Below, one piece after another: positions 7,081-12,204 of a DNA stretch of 12,204 bases. The translations under genes were made by a program, and so were the position numbers. The notes under the pieces were generated by a model. The model searched no databases and was not told the origin of the DNA. It saw nothing but the letters and a program-made list of their open reading frames with translations. The DNA comes from Myxococcota bacterium. Its GTDB lineage: Bacteria; Myxococcota; JACRCW01. The stretch lies in assembly GCA_040752415.1 (NCBI GenBank), contig JBFMGU010000305.1, positions 1 through 12,204 of the forward strand, read 5' to 3'. How positions within the stretch are numbered: position 1 is the first letter of the stretch; every line of letters starts with the position of its first letter.

Positions 7081-7953
7081 ATGGTGAGCATCAATCTGAG
7101 CGGCAAGCACGCACTGGTGACCGGCGTTGCCGACGACGGCGGATTCGGCTGGGCCATTGCCAAGAGCCTCAAGGCCGCCGGCGCCAAGGTGTACCTGGGT
7201 TGCCACCCGCGCGTGGTGGGCATCGTGGAGAAGCTGCTGCGTCGGGCGGGCTCCGCCGCGGGCCGCGTGCTGCCCTACGGCGTGGAAGGAGAGTTCCAGC
7301 CGGACGCCATCATCCCCTGCGACGTGGAGTTCGACACCAACGAGGACATCCCCGCCGACCGTCGCGAGGTGAAGGGCTATGACGGTGACGTCTCCATTGC
7401 CGGCTGCATGAACGCCCTCAAGGAGAAGGCCGGCGGCCTGGACATCATCATCCACGCCGTGGCGTTCAGCCCGGAGATTGCCGCCAGCCACCTGGAGACC
7501 AGCCGCAAGGCCTACCTCGCCGCGCTCTCCATCAGCTCCTACAGCCTGGTGGCGCTGGCCCGCGCCGCGCTGCCGCTCATGGAGGGTCGGGAGGGGTCGG
7601 TGGTGGGGCTGAGCTACATCGGCGGGGAGCGCGTGGTGCCGTACTACGGCGGTGGCATGAGCTCGGCCAAGGCGGCGCTGGAGCATGACGCGCGCCAGGT
7701 GGCGTACTTCGTGGGGGACAAGGGCCACCGCGTGAACATCATCAGCGCCGGCCCCTTCCCCAGCCGCGCCGCCCGCTCCATTGGCGACATTGGCACCATG
7801 ATCCAGCACGTGAGCGAGAAGAGCCCGCTGCGCCGGCCCATCAGCGCCGAGCAGGTGGCCGACGCCACGCTGTTCCTCTGCTCCCCGCTGGCCGCCGGCA
7901 TCACCGGTGAGGTCATCCACGTGGACAGCGGCTACCACGTCATGGGCGTCTGA
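7081..7953 (+). CDS. fabI: Enoyl-[acyl-carrier-protein] reductase (NADH), Chlamydia/plastid-like subtype
   Basis: SDR fold: LSGKHALVTGVADDGGFGWAIAKSL, LDIIIHAVA, ETSRKAYLAALSISSYSLV, active-site YGGGMSSAKAALE, RVNIISAGPFPSRAA, ITGEVIHVDSG. AGGAG lies upstream. Confidence 0.95.
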   Translation: MVSINLSGKHALVTGVADDGGFGWAIAKSLKAAGAKVYLGCHPRVVGIVEKLLRRAGSAAGRVLPYGVEGEFQPDAIIPCDVEFDTNEDIPADRREVKGYDGDVSIAGCMNALKEKAGGLDIIIHAVAFSPEIAASHLETSRKAYLAALSISSYSLVALARAALPLMEGREGSVVGLSYIGGERVVPYYGGGMSSAKAALEHDARQVAYFVGDKGHRVNIISAGPFPSRAARSIGDIGTMIQHVSEKSPLRRPISAEQVADATLFLCSPLAAGITGEVIHVDSGYHVMGV

Positions 7954-8007
7954 CCGCCCGCCCGGGCAGGGCTTGGACGGAAGCATGTGCCCCGGCCGAG
8001 GTGGGGC

Positions 8008-8023
8008 TTGACGGCGCCGTCAA
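8008..8023. promoter_or_regulatory. Perfect 16-bp palindrome TTGACGGCGCCGTCAA, candidate operator overlapping a -35-like TTGACG
   Basis: Exactly self-complementary; intergenic, 75 nt upstream of the TolQ/ExbB start. Confidence 0.55.
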
Positions 8024-8098
8024 CCCTTGTGGAAGGATGCGGCGGCGCGCCCAATGGCCTTCTCGAGGGCGTGCGCACCCGGCAAAGGGGTCCTACGG

Positions 8099-8794
8099 AT
8101 GGGCAACCACAGCATTGGCCAGATCTTCCAGGAGGGTGGCGTCTTCATGTACGTCACCCTGCTCTCGTCGGTGGCGGCGGTCGCCATCATGATCGAGCGC
8201 GCGTACGTCCTGCTGTTCCAGTACCGGATCAAGACCGGACCGGTGAAGCAGGCGCTCCGGGAAGCCATTGCGGAGTTCAACATCAGCCGCGCGCTCCAGG
8301 TCTGCGCCCTCAACCCGGAGCACCCGCTCTTCGTCGTCATCAAGGCGGGCCTCATGAAGGCCAACCGCCCGGAGAAGGAGATCATCCGGGCCATGGAGGA
8401 GGCCACCCTGGAGGTCAGCCCGCGCATCACCCGGCTGACCAACTACCTCAACATGCTTGGCAACCTGGGAACGCTGCTGGGCCTGCTGGGCACGGTGTTC
8501 GGCATGATCACCGCGTTCGGCGGCCTGGGCACCGCGGACGCCGCCGCCAAGCAGGAGATCCTGGCCAAGGGCATTGCGGAAGCCATGTACAACACCGCCT
8601 TCGGTCTGCTGGTGGCCATCCCCTGCACCGTGGCCGGCGTGTACTTCACCAACCGCCAGGAGCGCCTGCTGCAGATCCTGGATGAGTTCACCATTGCGCT
8701 GTCCGCGGGCCTGACCGCCGCCAACCGCGACGGCAAGGGCGCGCAGGCCGCCGCCGGCCAGAGCCCCAGCCGCCCGCCGACGATGGCTCGCTGA
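8099..8794 (+). CDS. MotA/TolQ/ExbB proton channel family protein (AglR-like)
   Basis: GG.FMY N-terminal TM followed by IER; LGNLGTLLGLLGTVFGMITAF; LAKGIAEAMYNTAFGLLVAIP. ATG 8099 has AAGGGG upstream and fits the family length better than the ORF-track start at 8027. Confidence 0.95.
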   Translation: MGNHSIGQIFQEGGVFMYVTLLSSVAAVAIMIERAYVLLFQYRIKTGPVKQALREAIAEFNISRALQVCALNPEHPLFVVIKAGLMKANRPEKEIIRAMEEATLEVSPRITRLTNYLNMLGNLGTLLGLLGTVFGMITAFGGLGTADAAAKQEILAKGIAEAMYNTAFGLLVAIPCTVAGVYFTNRQERLLQILDEFTIALSAGLTAANRDGKGAQAAAGQSPSRPPTMAR

Positions 8795-8813
8795 GGCGGA
8801 GCGCCACCGCGCC

Positions 8814-9302
8814 ATGGCACGACGCAGAAAGGCCCAGACGGATCAGCCGATCAACGTCACCCCGTTGATCGACATCCTCAGCAACATCGTCTTCTTCCTG
8901 ATGTTGTCCATCAGCTTCGTGCACCTGCGCGTGATTGCGGCCGCCATTCCCCAGACCAGTGAGTCCAATGACCTGGACACCGAGGTGGCACTCACGGTGA
9001 ACGTGCAGATGGGTGACTACGGCTTCCGCGCCCAGGCCCGCGACCCAACGAAGGAGAAGGTGGAGAAGAAGGAGTTCCCCAAGCAGGGCGCGCGCTGGGA
9101 TTACGAAGGACTCAGCACCTGGCTGCGCGACATCAAGCTGGCGCACCCCAAGAGCGACAGCGTCATCCTCGTCCCGGAAGCCAACGTGCCGCTGACGCAC
9201 GTGGTGGAAACCATGGATGCGTGTCGTGAGGCACCGTCCAAGAGCGGCTCAGGCATGATCCCCACCTTCCCCAAGGTGGTGCTCTCCAGCCTGGTGAAGT
9301 GA
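8814..9302 (+). CDS. ExbD/TolR family protein (AglQ/AglS-like), first copy
   Basis: Basic N-terminus; INVTPLIDILSNIVFFLML transmembrane segment with the conserved Asp; VILVPEANVPLTHVVETMDACR periplasmic motif. Confidence 0.92.
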   Translation: MARRRKAQTDQPINVTPLIDILSNIVFFLMLSISFVHLRVIAAAIPQTSESNDLDTEVALTVNVQMGDYGFRAQARDPTKEKVEKKEFPKQGARWDYEGLSTWLRDIKLAHPKSDSVILVPEANVPLTHVVETMDACREAPSKSGSGMIPTFPKVVLSSLVK

Positions 9303-9312
9303 GGAGGGCACC

Positions 9313-9813
9313 ATGTCCGGCGACGGGATGCGCAAGAAGCGGCACAAGCACAAGCACCCGGAAGAGCCCAACATCGTTCCGCTCATCGACATCACCGCCA
9401 ACCTGCTCTTCTTCCTGATGGTGGGCATGGACCTCAAGGAGAAGGCGGAGACCGCCGACAAGATCGAGCTGCCCGCCTCCACCAGCCGCCACCAGGATGA
9501 GACGCCGATGGTGAAGCTCACCCTGAACGCGGAGTCCCTCATGCTGGAGGGCCTCAAGCAGGCCACGCTGAAGGACGGGAAGTTCCAGCCCGCGGACATC
9601 GACAAGGGGCGACTCACGCGGCTGACCGCGGAGCTGGAGAAGCGTCGCAAGGCGTTTGAAGCCAGCGGGCTGGACCTCTCCGAGGAGAAGAACCGCCCCG
9701 TGGTCTACTTCATGGCCGACCGCAACCTGGAATACGAGAGCGTGGAGCTGGTGATGCGCTCCGCCGGACAGGCCGGGTTCCCGCGTTTCCGCTTTGCCGT
9801 GATGATGCGCTGA
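9313..9813 (+). CDS. ExbD/TolR family protein (AglQ/AglS-like), second copy
   Basis: PNIVPLIDITANLLFFLMV with the conserved Asp; IELPAST; VYFMADRNLEYESVELVMRSAGQAGF. SD GAGGAGG overlaps the upstream stop codon. Confidence 0.93.
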   Translation: MSGDGMRKKRHKHKHPEEPNIVPLIDITANLLFFLMVGMDLKEKAETADKIELPASTSRHQDETPMVKLTLNAESLMLEGLKQATLKDGKFQPADIDKGRLTRLTAELEKRRKAFEASGLDLSEEKNRPVVYFMADRNLEYESVELVMRSAGQAGFPRFRFAVMMR

Positions 9814-9922
9814 GCGTCCCGCCTCCCGGGCACGTTCTCCGTCGACGCGGCGTTTCCGCGCAGGCCCAGGCCAGGCTTGCGGTGGGCGGTGTGCGTGCCG
9901 GAGGGCGTTGTTACAAGACGAC

Positions 9923-11131
9923 ATGCACAGCACGTGGTGGGGCACGGAAGACGGGCGTGCCACGCGACCCTGGTTGCAGGAGACCGTGCGGGCGTTCGCG
10001 CAGGACAGCCTGGTGCCCACCGGAGCCGCGTTGGACCAGATGGCCACGCCGGAACAGGTGATCGCGCCCGAGTCGCCGCTGTGGTCGGTGTTCACCAGCG
10101 CGCACGCCAAGCGCCTGGACGGGGCCTTGGTGCTGGAACAGGACGGTGGGCTGGGGCTGGCGGGCCCCGAGCTGTACGTGGTGGCCGAGGAGCTGGGCGC
10201 CGGCAGCGTGGACCTGGCCGCTTCCGTGCTCATGAACGGCATCCCCTGGTGGCTCCTGCTCGCGCTGGGGCGGCATGATCTGGTGAAGGAGGTTGTCCGC
10301 CCTCGCGACGACGCCAGGGGAAGGGCGCGGGTCACCGCGTTGGCCCTCACCGAGCCGCACCACGGCTGGCCCCAGCTGGCGGTGGGCGCGCACGAGTTCC
10401 AGGTGCCCAAGGTGGCGTGGGAGCTGGCCGCCGTGCGCGACGGTGACGACTACGTGCTCACCGGCGGGAAGTCCGCGTGGGTGACGCACGGCAGCATCGC
10501 CTCCACGGCGCTGGTGTCGCTCACCGTGGAGCCGCGTCGGGGGATGGCGGGCAACGCGCTGGCGGTGGTTCCGCTGGACCTGCCGGGTGTCACGCGCGGG
10601 CGCCCCGTGGACAAGTGGGGCCAGCGCGGGATGAACCAGGGAGAAATCCACTTCGACAACGTGCGCATTCCGCGCCGCTTCGTCGTTGCCGCGCCGGAGG
10701 ACTACGCACCCACGCTGAGCCGGTTGATGACGCTCATCTGGACCCTGGCGGGCGCCATCTACACCGGGCTGGCACGCGCCGCGTGGGAGCATGCGCAGAA
10801 GGACCTGGAAGGGCGCACGCAGGACGGTGGCAACCCCCTGGCCGAACATCCCCGCGTGCGGGAGCGGCTCTTTGAGATGGCGACGTTGGTGGAGTGCTCG
10901 CGCGCGTTGTGTCGCTCCGTCATGGTCAGCGCGGAACGTCCCAGCCTGAACCGCGCCGCGCAGGTGAAGATCCACGCGTCCCACGCAGCAGAATTCGTGG
11001 CCGACGAAGCCCTCACCCTCTCCGGCGCCCGTGGAATGCAGGCCTCTTCCCGCGCCGGCAAGCTCTTCCGCGACGCGCGCGTCACCCGCGTGCAGTTCGG
11101 TCCCAACGACGTCATCTGGCAGGCAACCTGA
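9923..11131 (+). CDS. Acyl-CoA dehydrogenase-fold protein, divergent (start uncertain: TTG 9908 or ATG 9923)
   Basis: VAEELGAG, ALALTEP, DGDDYVLTGGKSAWVTHG, KWGQRGMNQGEIHFDNVRIP, GRTQDGGNPLAEHPRVRERLFEM, GKLFRDARV. Confidence 0.9.
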   Translation: MHSTWWGTEDGRATRPWLQETVRAFAQDSLVPTGAALDQMATPEQVIAPESPLWSVFTSAHAKRLDGALVLEQDGGLGLAGPELYVVAEELGAGSVDLAASVLMNGIPWWLLLALGRHDLVKEVVRPRDDARGRARVTALALTEPHHGWPQLAVGAHEFQVPKVAWELAAVRDGDDYVLTGGKSAWVTHGSIASTALVSLTVEPRRGMAGNALAVVPLDLPGVTRGRPVDKWGQRGMNQGEIHFDNVRIPRRFVVAAPEDYAPTLSRLMTLIWTLAGAIYTGLARAAWEHAQKDLEGRTQDGGNPLAEHPRVRERLFEMATLVECSRALCRSVMVSAERPSLNRAAQVKIHASHAAEFVADEALTLSGARGMQASSRAGKLFRDARVTRVQFGPNDVIWQAT

Positions 11132-11134
11132 GGA

Positions 11135-11422
11135 CCGCGCCAGGACCAGCTGCCCAGCGGGATTGCTGACGTCGTGAGCGCGCCACGACCCGGGGTGCCG
11201 CGGGCCCATGCCGCCCTGGTCAGCGCACCGCGGGTTCACCACCCGCCGACAGTCCACCACGCGCAGCTGCGGTGCATCACCGTCGTCGCGGAGTCCTGGT
11301 TCCGCATTCGGCCATTGACGACACACTCGGCGCTGGCCAGGGCGGCGAGGGCCCGCCGCACTCCAGGTCGTGGCCCGCTCACGACGTCAGCAATCCCGCT
11401 GGGCATCCTTGTCCTGGCGCGG
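11135..11422. repeat. 288-bp element with ~92-bp imperfect inverted arms around a 103-bp core (MITE-like or long-hairpin element)
   Basis: Left arm 11135-11226 against the reverse complement of 11330-11422: 12 bp perfect, a 4/5-nt internal loop, 30 bp perfect (11151-11180 with 11376-11405), then 46 bp with 7 mismatches. Confidence 0.93.
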
Positions 11423-11542
11423 CGGCTGTGAATGGACCACCACGTCCATGAAGTCGCCCACCGCGTCCAGAACTTGGGCAGGAGCGGGACCGGACGCAGG
11501 ACCCGCCGTGGACGAGGAAGCACCGCGCCATAGAACCCGGGC

Positions 11543-11890
11543 ATGACCCGCTCCGCGCCGCGCAAGCCGCCCGTCCCCGTGGAACGAGGAGAAACCGTGC
11601 GCGAGACCATCCGCTCCCTCTTGCGCCACGGCCCGCTCACCGCGCGGGAGCTCTCGGTGCAGGTGCAGCTGCGCGAGAAGGACGTGGCCGAGCACCTCGA
11701 GAGACTTGCCCGCTCGGCGCGGGGTCGGGGTGAGCGCTTCCGCGTGGTAGCGGCCACGTGTCGACGCTGCGGGTTCGAGTTCGGGAGCCGCGCGAAGTTG
11801 ACGCGTCCGTCCCGCTGTCCCGCGTGCAGCAGTGAGCGCATTGAAGGACCGGCGTTCCTCATCGAGGGCGGGGAAGAGACGTCGGTGTGA
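11543..11890 (+). CDS. Transcriptional regulator: HTH fused to a Zn ribbon (COG3357-like)
   Basis: TVRETIRSLLRHGPLTARELSVQVQLREKDVAEHLERLARS (winged HTH); CRRCGFEF...LTRPSRCPACSSERIEGPAF (two CxxC). Confidence 0.9.
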   Translation: MTRSAPRKPPVPVERGETVRETIRSLLRHGPLTARELSVQVQLREKDVAEHLERLARSARGRGERFRVVAATCRRCGFEFGSRAKLTRPSRCPACSSERIEGPAFLIEGGEETSV

Positions 11891-12204
11891 CGCCCGGGAC
11901 GTCACGCGCTCGCGGCAGGGCGGTGGGGATGGGCCAGCCACGGGACGAAGTCCAATGACGAAACCAGACGAAGCACAGCCGCGGGGGGCGGCGCCGTCGT
12001 GGGATGGCGGGTGGGCCTGCATCCCGCGCGTGCGTCACCTCTGACGTGTGATGACGGGCGGTTCCCATTCAGATTGAGTGTGGGTTCTCAGTGCCTTTCC
12101 CCAGGGCTTCTCAAAAGCATTCCCCACCCCCCGCGTGAGCCGTGGGTGACATGCCTCAGGCCTTCGCTGCCTGTCCACTCTTCACGGTGGGCTTGAGCCT
12201 GCGG

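Noticed and set aside
7956..7972. GC hairpin after fabI as an intrinsic terminator
   Set aside because: gcccgcccgggcagggc can fold, but there is no U-tract, so support is insufficient.
6934..11326. Long minus-strand ORFs (6934..7986, 8093..8815, 9163..10410, 9911..11326)
   Set aside because: Antisense to well-supported + strand genes, with no domain signatures.
11135..11431. Fold-back element as a retron msr-msd or as small-protein genes (PSGIADVVS frames)
   Set aside because: No reverse transcriptase is adjacent. The 6704-6787 copy has non-synonymous changes and indels in that frame, so conservation appears to be at the nucleotide level.
11941..11966. Hammerhead-ribozyme-like gacgaagtc-caat-gacgaaac
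   Set aside because: A stem II-like gtc/gac followed by GAAAC is present, but the CUGANGA core is not, and stems I and III are not evident.
12061..12204. 6S RNA or tRNA at the right edge
   Set aside because: No cloverleaf or T-loop, and no convincing 6S central bubble or closing stem within the window.

Overview
High-GC bacterial chromosomal window. The gene content (TolQ plus two ExbD/TolR genes, Kelch and PKD proteins) suggests a Myxococcota/deltaproteobacterial organism; this is inference. Minus strand, left to right: (i) a gene missing from the ORF track because it runs off the left edge, encoding an acidic N-terminus, a small beta-barrel-like segment, an HTH and PQKAETKV repeats; (ii) an exported dipeptidyl-peptidase III (M49); (iii) a 3xPKD lipoprotein. 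Plus strand: (iv) a 7-blade Kelch propeller fused to SprT-like HExxH and DUF2786-like regions; (v) a Chlamydia/plastid-type FabI; (vi) a TolQ/ExbB + 2x ExbD/TolR (AglRQS-like) proton-channel operon with no TonB/TolA gene beside it; (vii) an acyl-CoA dehydrogenase homologue lacking the usual catalytic acid; (viii) an HTH-Zn-ribbon regulator. The intergenic DNA is highly structured. There is a 288-bp element with ~92-bp inverted arms (11135-11422), and one arm recurs at 6704-6787. A perfect 5x21-bp tandem array is followed by two inverted variants (6826-6972). A perfect 16-bp palindrome precedes the motor operon, and a solitary CRISPR-repeat-like hairpin lies near the right edge. All family assignments come from motif recognition, not database searches.
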